From Patescibacteria group bacterium (GTDB lineage Bacteria > Patescibacteriota > Patescibacteriia > UBA1558 > GWA2-36-10), in contig JBAYIQ010000001.1 of NCBI GenBank assembly GCA_041665545.1, positions 67,495 through 131,494 on the forward strand: a stretch of DNA of 64,000 nucleotides, written 5' to 3'. A program made the translations under genes and the position numbers. Numbering within the stretch: position 1 is the stretch's first letter; each line of letters begins with the position of its first letter. Shown here in pieces: positions 38,892 to 49,126 of the stretch. The notes beneath the pieces were generated by a model. That model made no database searches, was not told where the DNA came from, and saw only the letters and a program-made list of their open reading frames with translations.

Positions 38892-40796
38892 TTATTGCGA
38901 AAAATACCACTCCATAAATTGTCTAGCCACAGTGACCGCTAATCCTGTATCACCGCCCTCTTCGACCAGTACTGACATGGCAATCTTTGGCTGATCATAT
39001 GGCGCAAAGGCCACAAACCAAGAATGTGGAGTTTTATTGCGATTAAACTGGGCCGTGCCTGTTTTGCCAGCTACTTCGACTGACACTGATTGTAAGCTCT
39101 GAGCAGTGCCACGGACCACAGTTTCACGCAAAGCTTTACGAATTATCTCTAAATTAGCAGAATCCACCACATTAGTCAAAGCAATTTTTGGCTCATAATT
39201 AACGCTTACTTCGCCATTTTTTACCTCCTTAATAATGTGCGGCACAAATATTTTACCGTGATTGGCAAAATATGACACCAAAGAAGCCGCCTGTATAGGC
39301 GTAGTCAAGAGATAACCCTGACCAATTGATAAGTTATAAGTATCACCCAAGTACCACCTCTCCTTCGTGGTGGCTTCTTTCCACTCTTTGCTGGGTAAAA
39401 AACCATTGGCTTCAGCTGGCAAATCAAGGCCAGTTTTGACACCTAGCCCAAATTTTTTGGCGTAGTTAATAATACGATCCACGCCCAAGCCCTCATTGAT
39501 CCACTGGTTGTTGCCTCCACCTACAGAATAAAAAAAGGTATTAACCGAATCAGCAATGGCCCAATATATATTTGTCTTACCATGACCGCCCGGTCTCCAA
39601 TCAGGAAAAAAACTACCACCAACATTGATGCCTCCGGTGCTTAAAACCGTAAATTTATCATCAATTATCTTCTCTTGTAAGCCAGCCGAACCCATCACCA
39701 ATTTGAACACCGAACCAAGTGGATACTCTCCGCTGACAGCCCGGTTGAGCAAAGGCAGATTAGGATCCTGAACTATTTTGGAGTAAGAATCATTGTTTAA
39801 AATTGTAGTAAATATATTATTGTCATAGAGTGGCAAACTATTCATGGCAATGACACCGCCATCATTAGGATCTAAAACAACGGCCGCCATTTTATTTTTT
39901 CCGGTGCGCGTAGCATTTTGTTCCATTATCTCAGCCAACTTATTTTGGGCCTTGGCATCAATAGTCAAAACTATATCATGACCGGCAATTGGCTCAATAT
40001 ATGAAACCAAACTTTTTTCATTAAACAAAGCATCAACCTCGGTTTGTCTTTTGCCGTCAACTCCTTTTAATTCTTTTTCGTAAATACTTTCTACACCAGT
40101 GCGACCAATTCTATCAAGAAAAGTGTAGTCTGGATGACTGACTAAATCTTGATCATTGACCACGCTCAAATAGCCCAAGATATGAGAAAATTGCCCAGAC
40201 GATAAATACTGCCGACGCGGTTCATAGGAAACTTTTAGAGCTGGATACTTTTCACTGACCACCATCAGGGCCATGGCCTGATCGTAAGGTACATTTTCGT
40301 AAATAAGAATCTTATTATTTTCACCAGCATTCGTCAGGCGCTTTTGAAATTCATCTTGATTCAAGGACAATCTTTTTTCCACCAAGCTACTGATTTCTGA
40401 CTGTTGGCTTTGATTGCTATCCCAAATGGCTTTATCTATATAAAGAAAAAAATAAGAAATATTGCGCACCAGCAGATTACCAAATCTATCATAAATCAAA
40501 CCACGATTAGCCGTAATAACTTCGGTCCTAATCCTATTGCCCTCGGCTATGCCCCGATAGTAGCTACCTTTCAATATTTGCAAATAAGTGGCTCGCAAAA
40601 GCAAGATGCAAACACAGCTAAAAAAAATAATTAGAGCATTTTTTATTTTTTGATCGCTGGCAAATTTACCCAAATTTTGACCACGTGACACAAATTCAAA
40701 ATTCAAATAATCGCCAGCTTTTTTATCAACAAAAAAATCCTTGACTCGAGCATCTTTGACTTCTCCTTCTTGTATTTTAAAAGGATTGTTTTTCAT
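38892..40796 (-). CDS. mrdA: Penicillin-binding protein 2 (peptidoglycan transpeptidase)
   Basis: N-terminal TM, dimerisation domain, and SxxK (GSVFK), SxN and KTG(T) motifs. Confidence 0.85.
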   Translation of the reverse strand: MKNNPFKIQEGEVKDARVKDFFVDKKAGDYLNFEFVSRGQNLGKFASDQKIKNALIIFFSCVCILLLRATYLQILKGSYYRGIAEGNRIRTEVITANRGLIYDRFGNLLVRNISYFFLYIDKAIWDSNQSQQSEISSLVEKRLSLNQDEFQKRLTNAGENNKILIYENVPYDQAMALMVVSEKYPALKVSYEPRRQYLSSGQFSHILGYLSVVNDQDLVSHPDYTFLDRIGRTGVESIYEKELKGVDGKRQTEVDALFNEKSLVSYIEPIAGHDIVLTIDAKAQNKLAEIMEQNATRTGKNKMAAVVLDPNDGGVIAMNSLPLYDNNIFTTILNNDSYSKIVQDPNLPLLNRAVSGEYPLGSVFKLVMGSAGLQEKIIDDKFTVLSTGGINVGGSFFPDWRPGGHGKTNIYWAIADSVNTFFYSVGGGNNQWINEGLGVDRIINYAKKFGLGVKTGLDLPAEANGFLPSKEWKEATTKERWYLGDTYNLSIGQGYLLTTPIQAASLVSYFANHGKIFVPHIIKEVKNGEVSVNYEPKIALTNVVDSANLEIIRKALRETVVRGTAQSLQSVSVEVAGKTGTAQFNRNKTPHSWFVAFAPYDQPKIAMSVLVEEGGDTGLAVTVARQFMEWYFSQ

Positions 40797-41277
40797 GCTT
40801 TTTTATCCAAAAATTATAGTGCCAAACATGCCAAAATATAACCACAAAAATATTAATAGCCGCGCCCTTTAAAATAGCTCCTAAATAACGTGAGTCAATG
40901 TGGTAGATCACTACATTAAATACACTGTGCGCCAAAAATACGAACAGCCAGTATAAAATAAAAGAAAAACTCGTGAGCGCTAAAACTGTTAATATATTTT
41001 TTGAAGTAAAAGTAGTTAGTTGTAAGTTTTTTAAAATAAAAATAATAAAAACAAAAACTATTGCATGAAAACCAAACTGAGCCGAAATTGAATCTAGCAA
41101 AACACCGGCCGTTAGAGCAAAAGCATAAGCCACCCACTCTTCCTTGATATTAAAATATACCAACAATAAGCTGATCAAAAATGGTTGAACATACTGCCAA
41201 CCATTACCATAAAAATTTAGCACCAGATGAAAATACAATGATACTAAAAATAATATCAGCGCCGTAATATATCTCAT
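40777..41277 (-). CDS. mreD: Rod-shape-determining protein MreD
   Basis: 166 aa, 5 TM, located between mreC and mrdA. Confidence 0.6.
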   Translation of the reverse strand: MRYITALILFLVSLYFHLVLNFYGNGWQYVQPFLISLLLVYFNIKEEWVAYAFALTAGVLLDSISAQFGFHAIVFVFIIFILKNLQLTTFTSKNILTVLALTSFSFILYWLFVFLAHSVFNVVIYHIDSRYLGAILKGAAINIFVVIFWHVWHYNFWIKKHEKQSF

Positions 41278-41278
41278 A

Positions 41279-42013
41279 TTATTTTATTATTGCTACAACC
41301 GTTAAGGTGTTCAAATCAATTATTGGATCCACTGTCGATACTTTGAATAGCTCCTCAGCTTCGGCTTTTATTTCGCCAATACGTCCCACAACTAGCCCAG
41401 CCGGTATGTCAGGATTTAAATCCGAGGTATAGACCAAATCGTTTTTTTTGATTTCTTGGGACTGAGGTATAAAGCTCAAACTCATGCCCAAGCCAAATGA
41501 ACCAGTCAAAACACCAGACACCGACTGCTCGTCCCCTACTCGCACCGCGATTTTACTGCCATTATCAATCACTAATCTGACCACAGCCGAGTCCGCATTG
41601 ACGGCTGATATTTTGCCAACCATAATGCCATTGTTTACAACTACCGCTTGTCCAAAATTTACACCCTTGTTTGATCCGGCGTTGATTAGTAGTAAATTTT
41701 TATTGATTGGATCGCGACTCAAAATATTGGCTAACTCCAAATTATATCTTTTTTCTTCACGAAAATTTAATAAATTTCTCAATTGCTCATTTTCCGACTT
41801 CAAGGCCAGTAGCTTGGCATTGGCCACCAACAATTTTTGATAATCTTGCTGCAAATTATCACCCGGGGCTAGCAAGCTATTAACCGAATCTTTTGGCACA
41901 AAAATCGTTCTGACAAACACGCCAAAATCAAAAATTTGGCTATTCTTCAATAAGATTAATAAAAAAATAGCCACCAAACACAAGCCGAATAATTTTAAAT
42001 TTAACCTCAGCAT
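41279..42013 (-). CDS. mreC: Rod-shape-determining protein MreC
   Basis: N-terminal TM, coiled coil, C-terminal beta domain. Confidence 0.7.
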   Translation of the reverse strand: MLRLNLKLFGLCLVAIFLLILLKNSQIFDFGVFVRTIFVPKDSVNSLLAPGDNLQQDYQKLLVANAKLLALKSENEQLRNLLNFREEKRYNLELANILSRDPINKNLLLINAGSNKGVNFGQAVVVNNGIMVGKISAVNADSAVVRLVIDNGSKIAVRVGDEQSVSGVLTGSFGLGMSLSFIPQSQEIKKNDLVYTSDLNPDIPAGLVVGRIGEIKAEAEELFKVSTVDPIIDLNTLTVVAIIK

Positions 42014-42020
42014 ATTAGCC

Positions 42021-43067
42021 CTAGTTTAAATCTTTAGTTGGTGGCAATAATATTTCTTTTAGATGCTCCAAATCATCCAGTATTTTACCAGCTCCTCTGA
42101 CTACAGCTGTCAACGGCTCATCAGTAATATACACTGGCATTTTTGTTTCTTTGGAAATCAATTCATCCAAGCCACGAATCAATGCTCCACCGCCAGTCAA
42201 GACCATGCCTTTTTCATACAAATCAGAAACCAGTTCTGGTGGTGAATTTTCAATGGTGGCTTTTATGTTGTCAATGATTATTTTCATTGGCTTAATGATG
42301 GCCTCACGAACATTGGCATCGGTAATGTGAACTTCTTTGGGTAAGCCCGTGATCAAATCACGTCCGCGCATGATTGTTTCTAAAGTTTGGTTTAGTGGCA
42401 AAACAGAGCCAACTTGAATTTTTATTCTTTCGGCTGTGCGCTGTCCTAACAATAAATTAAATTTGTCTCGAGCATATTGAATAATAGCTTCGTCAAGTTT
42501 GTCGCCGGCAATTTTTAATGATTTCCAAGACACAATACCCGAAAGTGAAATCACGGCAATCTCCGTCGTACCGCCCCCCAAATCCACCACCATACTGCCA
42601 CTGGCCTCTTGGATGGGTAACCCAGCGCCAATAGCCGCGGCTATTGGCTCTTCTATCAACCAGACTTCAGAAGCGCCAGCTCGCAAGACAGCGTCTTCCA
42701 CAGCCTTTCTTTCTACTTCAGTGACATCAAGTGGGATGCCGATCACTACGCGCGGTCGAGGCATAAAAGTCATTGACTCACGATGCACTTTTTCAATAAA
42801 ATACTTAATCATTTTTTCCGTTACTTCAAAATCAGAAATTACGCCATCCACCATTGGTTTGGTGACAGTAATGTGCTGAGGGGTCTTGCCCAACATAGTC
42901 TTGGCGTCATCACCAACCGCAATTATTTTTTCGGTGCGATTGTTGATAGCTACCACACTGGGTTCATTGATCACAATACCCTGGTCTTTGACATAGACCA
43001 AGGTGCTTGAGGTGCCAAGGTCAATACCCATGTCCTTGGAAAATTTTCTGAATAATTTCTTAAACAT
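42021..43067 (-). CDS. mreB: Rod-shape-determining protein MreB (copy 2)
   Basis: GIDLGTSSTLVYV and DLGGGTTEIAVISL motifs. Confidence 0.85.
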   Translation of the reverse strand: MFKKLFRKFSKDMGIDLGTSSTLVYVKDQGIVINEPSVVAINNRTEKIIAVGDDAKTMLGKTPQHITVTKPMVDGVISDFEVTEKMIKYFIEKVHRESMTFMPRPRVVIGIPLDVTEVERKAVEDAVLRAGASEVWLIEEPIAAAIGAGLPIQEASGSMVVDLGGGTTEIAVISLSGIVSWKSLKIAGDKLDEAIIQYARDKFNLLLGQRTAERIKIQVGSVLPLNQTLETIMRGRDLITGLPKEVHITDANVREAIIKPMKIIIDNIKATIENSPPELVSDLYEKGMVLTGGGALIRGLDELISKETKMPVYITDEPLTAVVRGAGKILDDLEHLKEILLPPTKDLN

Positions 43068-43137
43068 TATAGAATTTTTTTACCTGATAGCCTCTTTAGT
43101 TCTTACCATTTTTTGACTAAATTAGCAAACTACAAAA

Positions 43138-44604
43138 TTAATAAGCTTTGGCAAATAAAACACGTTTTTTAGACGGCTTACCACTATAAACGCACTTACC
43201 GACTTCGGGCTTTTGCTCAAACGGTATGCATCTTATAGTAGCGCTTGTTTCTTGCTTAATTTTCTCTTCAACCTCACTGTCCCCTGACCAGTGAGCCAAA
43301 ACAAAATTATTATTATTTATTTCTTTTACAAAATCTTCCCAATTATCTACTGACACTGTTTTGTGTAATCTAAAATTTTCCGCTTGTTTAAACATTGAGT
43401 TCTGAATATCCTTTAGAGTTTTTTTGATAATTGTCGGCAAATTATCCAAATTGACATTTTCTTTACTCATCTTATCACGACGCAGTAAAACAACGGAATT
43501 ACTTTCAATTTCTTTGTTGCCTACTTCCAAACGAATTGGCACTCCTTTTTTCTCCCATTCATTGAATTTAGCGCCAGTGCTAAGATCTGTTCTTTTATCA
43601 ATTTCCACTTCTTTGACGCCATATTTTAATTTTTTTACAAAGTTTAAAATTAAAGAATTGTCTTCATTATTTTTTAAAATAGGCACTACCACTACTTTGA
43701 TAGGGGCGATTTCGGGAGGCAAGACCAAGCCCAGATCATCACTATGAGTCATGACTAAACCGCCAATAATACGCGTGCTCATGCCCCAACTAGTTTGCCA
43801 GACGTATTGAAATTTATTGTTCTGATCCAAATATTTTGTATCAAAAGCTTTGGCAAAATTTTGTCCTAAATTATGGGAAGTAGCAGACTGTAAGGCCTTG
43901 CCGTCCTGCATCATAGCTTCAATAGTATAAGTATATAAAGCGCCAGCAAATTTTTCACTTTCCGATTTGCGACCAGCCACTACACTCATAGCCAATTTCT
44001 TTTCCACCAAGTCTTTGTAAACTTTCAACATTTTTTTGGCTTCTTTTTCAGCTTCGGCTTTACTAGCGTGAGCCGTATGACCTTCTTGCCATAAAAATTC
44101 TGAAGTCCGTAAAAATGGACGGGTACGCATTTCCCAACGCATAATATTGGCCCACTGATTTATCAAAATTGGCAAATCACGCCAAGATTTTACCCACTGA
44201 GAAAAACTATTATTAATAATAGTTTCTGAAGTTGGACGAACAATCAATTCTTCTTCCAGCTTTGCCTCATCATCAACCACAATTTCTCCATTAGTATTAG
44301 TTTTTAAACGATAATGAGTAACCACAGCACACTCCTTAGCAAAACCCGCCACATGACTGGCTTCTTTAGCAAAAAAAGATTTTGGTATAAGCAGTGGAAA
44401 ATACATATTCTTGTGCCCAGTATCCTTTATTTTTTTATCAAGTAATTTCTGAATATTTTCCCAAATAGCATAACCATAGGGCTTGATAATCATAGTTCCT
44501 TTTACTGGACCATACTCTGCCAGATCAGCCGCTCCTATAACATCCAAATACCATTTGGAATGATCCTCCGCTCTTTTTGTAATTACATTGTTTTGTTTAC
44601 TCAT
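43138..44604 (-). CDS. proS: Prolyl-tRNA synthetase, archaeal/eukaryotic type
   Basis: Class II motifs. C-terminal zinc domain ending in a conserved terminal Tyr (AKAY). 488 aa. Confidence 0.85.
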   Translation of the reverse strand: MSKQNNVITKRAEDHSKWYLDVIGAADLAEYGPVKGTMIIKPYGYAIWENIQKLLDKKIKDTGHKNMYFPLLIPKSFFAKEASHVAGFAKECAVVTHYRLKTNTNGEIVVDDEAKLEEELIVRPTSETIINNSFSQWVKSWRDLPILINQWANIMRWEMRTRPFLRTSEFLWQEGHTAHASKAEAEKEAKKMLKVYKDLVEKKLAMSVVAGRKSESEKFAGALYTYTIEAMMQDGKALQSATSHNLGQNFAKAFDTKYLDQNNKFQYVWQTSWGMSTRIIGGLVMTHSDDLGLVLPPEIAPIKVVVVPILKNNEDNSLILNFVKKLKYGVKEVEIDKRTDLSTGAKFNEWEKKGVPIRLEVGNKEIESNSVVLLRRDKMSKENVNLDNLPTIIKKTLKDIQNSMFKQAENFRLHKTVSVDNWEDFVKEINNNNFVLAHWSGDSEVEEKIKQETSATIRCIPFEQKPEVGKCVYSGKPSKKRVLFAKAY

Positions 44605-44605
44605 A

Positions 44606-44893
44606 TTATTTACTATCTATATATTGTTGAATTCTTAATTTTTCTTGAAGCAATAATTCTCCCCCGTATTCTCCGCTGTGGGCTTTTTGCCCTTCATAAG
44701 AAACTTTTTTTTGATCAAGATGTAAGTCAATAATCAATCGATCTGGCTCTGATCGAACATAGGCATGATAACGCGGATAAAGACCAGTACCCAAGCGACG
44801 AATAAAACTATCGCTGTGTGGACTGGGATGATAGCCCAGTTGCCGAAACAGCAACAAGTGATTGCCAAAAACATTTTTTACAGAAAAATTCAT
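44606..44893 (-). CDS. Hypothetical protein (95 aa)
   Basis: ORF tightly packed between proS and rseP. Confidence 0.4.
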   Translation of the reverse strand: MNFSVKNVFGNHLLLFRQLGYHPSPHSDSFIRRLGTGLYPRYHAYVRSEPDRLIIDLHLDQKKVSYEGQKAHSGEYGGELLLQEKLRIQQYIDSK

Positions 44894-44894
44894 T

Positions 44895-46199
44895 TTAAAA
44901 TAAACCTTTAATTTTTTCTAAAAAGCCACCGCCATAGCGCATCAAGTCGCGATAAGTAATGACTACTATCAAAAGCATCAATAAAGCAAAACCGCTATTG
45001 TGCACAATACCTTCTATTTTTTCACTGATTTTTTTGCGGCGAATTTTCTCAATGAGAATAAATAATAAACGGCCACCATCTAAAGCCGGAAAAGGAAGAA
45101 TATTGATAATTCCCAAATTGATAGATAATATAGCGGCAAACTGTAATAAATAAATAAAACCCATTTGCGCCACCTGGCCAGTGATCACGGCCACGCCAAT
45201 TGGCCCAGACAAATCAGCTGACACTTTGCCCTGAGTGATTAAGTTGAAAAGCAAGGAATATAGAGCTTCCAAAACGCGATAGGACAAAACAGCGGTAGCG
45301 CTTAAGCCCTGCCAAATACTACCGAAAAAACCATATTTTATGATTCCAGTATCGACCATGGCAATGCCAATTATGGGATCCTTATGATCCGGCATTAATT
45401 TTGGTGATAATTTTATTTCTTGTTGTTGCTTGTTTCTTTCAATAGTAAAAGTCACCGACTGATTGACTTTTAGCTTACTAAAAACTTCATCAGTATTTTT
45501 GACTTTAGCGCCATCAATAGCCACAATGATATCATTTGTTTTCAAACCCTGCTCCTCGGCTGGGCTCTGCGGAAAAATTTCTACAATTACTACATTTTGT
45601 TTGGATATTTTGTCTGGTGCTGTGTTTTGGTCAATAGTCTGCGGCAAGCCAAGTAAAAAACCAATGGACAATAAAACAAAAGCAAAAACAAAATTCATGA
45701 TCACTCCGGCTGACAAAACAACTGATCTTTTCCAAGCTGGCTGATTGGCAAAATTTTTGGGATTGCTATCTTGTCCGCCATTTTCTCCGATAATTTTCAC
45801 AAAGCCACCCAAAGGCAACAAGTTCAAAGAATAGACCATAGCGTCATCCACATCTTCCTTTAATTCCGACGGAGTTATTTTGTTGCCCCAAAACCATTTC
45901 CACTTCTTGATTGTTTTTGGTTCATCAATTTCTCTTATTACTTCAGTGACTGTTTCTTTGACTAGCTCAGTTGACTCATCAATTTTAGTATCTTGCAATT
46001 CAATGCTTATTTCGTCGGTTTTTACAATCGGCTGTAATATCTTTTTTTTGGTGACCAATACGCCAAAAATTCTCGGCGGATAGCCAAAGCCAAACTCCTC
46101 CACGCCTACTCCTAATTTTCTAGCACTAACAAAATGACCCAACTCGTGGACAAAAACCAATAAACCCAAAACTAAAATAAATACGATAATTGTGGTCAT
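44895..46199 (-). CDS. rseP: Site-2 zinc metalloprotease RseP
   Basis: HELGHF motif in TM1, PDZ domain, LDGG motif. Confidence 0.85.
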   Translation of the reverse strand: MTTIIVFILVLGLLVFVHELGHFVSARKLGVGVEEFGFGYPPRIFGVLVTKKKILQPIVKTDEISIELQDTKIDESTELVKETVTEVIREIDEPKTIKKWKWFWGNKITPSELKEDVDDAMVYSLNLLPLGGFVKIIGENGGQDSNPKNFANQPAWKRSVVLSAGVIMNFVFAFVLLSIGFLLGLPQTIDQNTAPDKISKQNVVIVEIFPQSPAEEQGLKTNDIIVAIDGAKVKNTDEVFSKLKVNQSVTFTIERNKQQQEIKLSPKLMPDHKDPIIGIAMVDTGIIKYGFFGSIWQGLSATAVLSYRVLEALYSLLFNLITQGKVSADLSGPIGVAVITGQVAQMGFIYLLQFAAILSINLGIINILPFPALDGGRLLFILIEKIRRKKISEKIEGIVHNSGFALLMLLIVVITYRDLMRYGGGFLEKIKGLF

Positions 46200-46202
46200 A
46201 AA

Positions 46203-46757
46203 TTAAATAGTCATTATTTCTTGCTCTTTTTTGTCGCCAATTTCTTTGATCTTGTCATTGTATTCTTTGATCAAAAGATCGAGGTCTTTCAAAGCCACAA
46301 ATTTTTCGTCTTCGGGTATGTCTTTATTTTTTTCCATGGCCATTACTTCTTCGCGGATTTTTTCTCGCTGACCGCGCAAGATGACGCGTCCCTCTTCCAA
46401 TTTTTTATGCAAAACCTTGACCAGCTCTTTGCGACGCTCCTCAGATAGGGGTGGGAAATTCAGTCTAATCAAATCGCTATCAACCACAGGATTGATGCTA
46501 AGGTCTGAAGTCTGTATCGCCCGCTCAATGTCTTTCAAGATACTTTTGTCCCAGGGTTTGATAGCAATGGTCTGTGGCTCAGGACTGGTGATGGAAGCCA
46601 ATTGCAACAACTCCGAAACTGTACCGTAGACTTCGACTTTTATCTTTTCCACCACACTAGGAGAAATGCGTCCGGTGCGTAAAGTATTAATATCGGTTTT
46701 CAAAAACTCTATGGTCTTTTCAAACTGATTCTTGTTGGCCAAAATAAATTGGTGCAT
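46203..46757 (-). CDS. frr: Ribosome recycling factor
   Basis: 184 aa RRF fold sequence (RTGR, EERRKEL motifs). Confidence 0.9.
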   Translation of the reverse strand: MHQFILANKNQFEKTIEFLKTDINTLRTGRISPSVVEKIKVEVYGTVSELLQLASITSPEPQTIAIKPWDKSILKDIERAIQTSDLSINPVVDSDLIRLNFPPLSEERRKELVKVLHKKLEEGRVILRGQREKIREEVMAMEKNKDIPEDEKFVALKDLDLLIKEYNDKIKEIGDKKEQEIMTI

Positions 46758-46762
46758 ATAGT

Positions 46763-47926
46763 TTATTTTTTCGTTGGATAATAATAATTTGCTAAGTAAA
46801 AAAATTTGCTGTCATCGGAAAATACTGACCAAACTGGTTTGCCACTATTTGGTAGCGGTGTGATGTTCCAGTTCACTCCGGCGTCAAAAGTGCGATAAAA
46901 CGCGCCGGTGCTAGCGTACAGCACTTCGTTGGTATTGTCCGGATTAACTCCGACAGCCGTAATGGTTTCTTTTTTCTTGGGTGGAATCAATTTCAACTGA
47001 CGCCACATGTCGCCAAATTTGAGACGATAAATACCAACCGTATTAACATAAATCAAGCCATCGCCAACGCTTTTGTCAGCACTAATAGCCAAATAGCTCT
47101 TAGAACCGCTGACTTTACCAAATTCTTTGAAATTACCCTCATCAGCAACCTCTGACTGATCAACCTGCGTTGTCATCAAATCCACCCAATTGGCGGGATT
47201 TTCCGCGCCATCAGGACTGCGCCAAATACCAGCTGACTGCGTGACTACATAAATTATTTTGCTATCAACATGATTCTGGATAATGATGTTAACAATATTA
47301 TTGTTAAAACGATAGATTGAATCCCAAGTCACTCCGCCATCAAAACTGCGGATAAAATTACCCTCGCTAGTGCCAGCGTAAATTATTTTGGGGTTGTCTT
47401 TGCGAATGGCCAAGGCCGTTACTATTATTTTTGTCCGCGCTTCAAAATAAACTGGAACCCAAGTGCGACCACAATCCTTACTCATATAAATATAATTATT
47501 GGCCGCGGCATAAATAGTGCATTTGTTGGTGGCTGGATCCGGACTAACGGCAATAGCATTGACCGCACCCTTGTCAGCCAAAGTCTGCAACCAAGCTTGA
47601 CCATAATTATAGGTGTAGTAGATACCTTCATTTTGCGAACCAATATACAAAGCCGCCGGATCATTGGGGTCCAGGGCATATGATACTATAGAAGCTGTGT
47701 CTAGTGTTCTTACTTTACCGCCCGTAGCATAGACATCAGATACTTTTTGCCAATTCAAAGTGTTGGCTTGCACGGAAAAATCAGCTGTCCTAAAAATACC
47801 GCCTTTGTAAGTGACTGGTACGGCCGCTTTCTTGGAAGAAGTGGTGGGAAAAATAGTACAACCCGAAACAAAAAAGGCCAAGATTAATAAACTAACTGCT
47901 CTAAAAATCGTTTTTTTGTTTTTCAT
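46763..47926 (-). CDS. BNR/Asp-box repeat beta-propeller lipoprotein
   Basis: Lipobox FVSGC. Repeated S-x-D-x-G-x-T-W motifs (SKDCGRTW, SFDGGVTW, TFDAGVNW). Confidence 0.6.
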   Translation of the reverse strand: MKNKKTIFRAVSLLILAFFVSGCTIFPTTSSKKAAVPVTYKGGIFRTADFSVQANTLNWQKVSDVYATGGKVRTLDTASIVSYALDPNDPAALYIGSQNEGIYYTYNYGQAWLQTLADKGAVNAIAVSPDPATNKCTIYAAANNYIYMSKDCGRTWVPVYFEARTKIIVTALAIRKDNPKIIYAGTSEGNFIRSFDGGVTWDSIYRFNNNIVNIIIQNHVDSKIIYVVTQSAGIWRSPDGAENPANWVDLMTTQVDQSEVADEGNFKEFGKVSGSKSYLAISADKSVGDGLIYVNTVGIYRLKFGDMWRQLKLIPPKKKETITAVGVNPDNTNEVLYASTGAFYRTFDAGVNWNITPLPNSGKPVWSVFSDDSKFFYLANYYYPTKK

Positions 47927-47930
47927 GTTT

Positions 47931-48935
47931 TTACTTTAAATTTAAAAAAATATTTTCCCACAATAATTGCGGGTTAACATTGTTATTTAATTTTTGTTTA
48001 TAATCCGTCAGACGAGTTAAGTTTTGTAATAATTGCTCGGATGAATAACTAGAAGAAATATTATTTAACTCACTCTGAAAAACTTGATTGACAATGGGCT
48101 TGTCTAATTTTATCCACAGCAAATCGCGCATCATCACCTCCAAATAATCTATATACACCTTAGTATTTTGACCAAGATCTGAAACACGAGCTTCGGGATT
48201 TTCTTTTTTCAACAAAGCAAACCATTTTTCAATAATCTGCATTATGTTGAAAGTATTGCTGGATAATAATTTGATAATAAAATTGCAATTTTTCTTCCAA
48301 GGATCTAAATTTTCTTGCATCAGTTGTTTGGCTAGTCCGGGTTTGCCAAAAGATAAATTCATAATGGTCTGGCGTTCACTGTCATCAAAATCAAACTTGG
48401 AAATCCACTCCTCCATTTCTTCTTTTTTCAAAGCCTGAAATTTGATGAGCTGACAACGAGAAACCACGGTGGCTGGCAATAAATTAATATTATCCGATAA
48501 TAAAATAATAAGCGTATTAGCGGGTGGTTCTTCTAAGGTTTTCAATAATGCATTAGCCCCAAAAATATTTATTTTTTCCACATTGTAAACAATGGCGATT
48601 TTTTTGTTGCCATAAATGTTGGCCATCTGCAAGCTATGCATAAACTCGCGAACATTTTCCACAGACAACTCTTGATCGTCTTTACCTAAAGTGTAAAGGT
48701 CAAGATAGGCATTTTTGGCCACCAGTTTGCAGGGCTGGCACTGTCCGCAGGGCTTTTTGTCAGCACTGGCGCAGAAAATACTACTGGCAAAATAATTAGC
48801 AATCATTTTCTTGCCCAAGCCCTTTGAGCCGTAAAACAAATAAGCATGAGCTAACTTCTCTTGCTCAATAGAATTTTGTAAAAACTGAATGGCTTGTTTA
48901 TGACCAAAAATTGGCCAATGATATTTGTCCGACAT
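47931..48935 (-). CDS. holB: DNA polymerase III delta-prime subunit
   Basis: AYLFYGSKGLGK P-loop, CxxC zinc module, SRCQ motif. Start placed at the internal MSDKYHW. Confidence 0.8.
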   Translation of the reverse strand: MSDKYHWPIFGHKQAIQFLQNSIEQEKLAHAYLFYGSKGLGKKMIANYFASSIFCASADKKPCGQCQPCKLVAKNAYLDLYTLGKDDQELSVENVREFMHSLQMANIYGNKKIAIVYNVEKINIFGANALLKTLEEPPANTLIILLSDNINLLPATVVSRCQLIKFQALKKEEMEEWISKFDFDDSERQTIMNLSFGKPGLAKQLMQENLDPWKKNCNFIIKLLSSNTFNIMQIIEKWFALLKKENPEARVSDLGQNTKVYIDYLEVMMRDLLWIKLDKPIVNQVFQSELNNISSSYSSEQLLQNLTRLTDYKQKLNNNVNPQLLWENIFLNLK

Positions 48936-49029
48936 TGAATAAAAAATACCATTTTTCAGGTAAAAAATCAACAGTGAAAAATAGTATTTTGCTCAATAAA
49001 TCAACATTAATTTGAATGTGTCTACAACA

Positions 49030-49058
49030 TTGACAAAATCTATAAAATGTGATATATT
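49030..49058 (+). promoter_or_regulatory. Near-consensus sigma70 promoter (TTGACA-17-TATATT)
   Basis: TTGACAaaatctataaaatgtgaTATATT about 65 nt upstream of the start codon. Confidence 0.55.
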
Positions 49059-49126
49059 ATAAAGTAAACCAAAATGGCTAATTCCAGCCACTGGTAAGTA
49101 CTCTAAACATTCCCTAGGAGGTCGTG

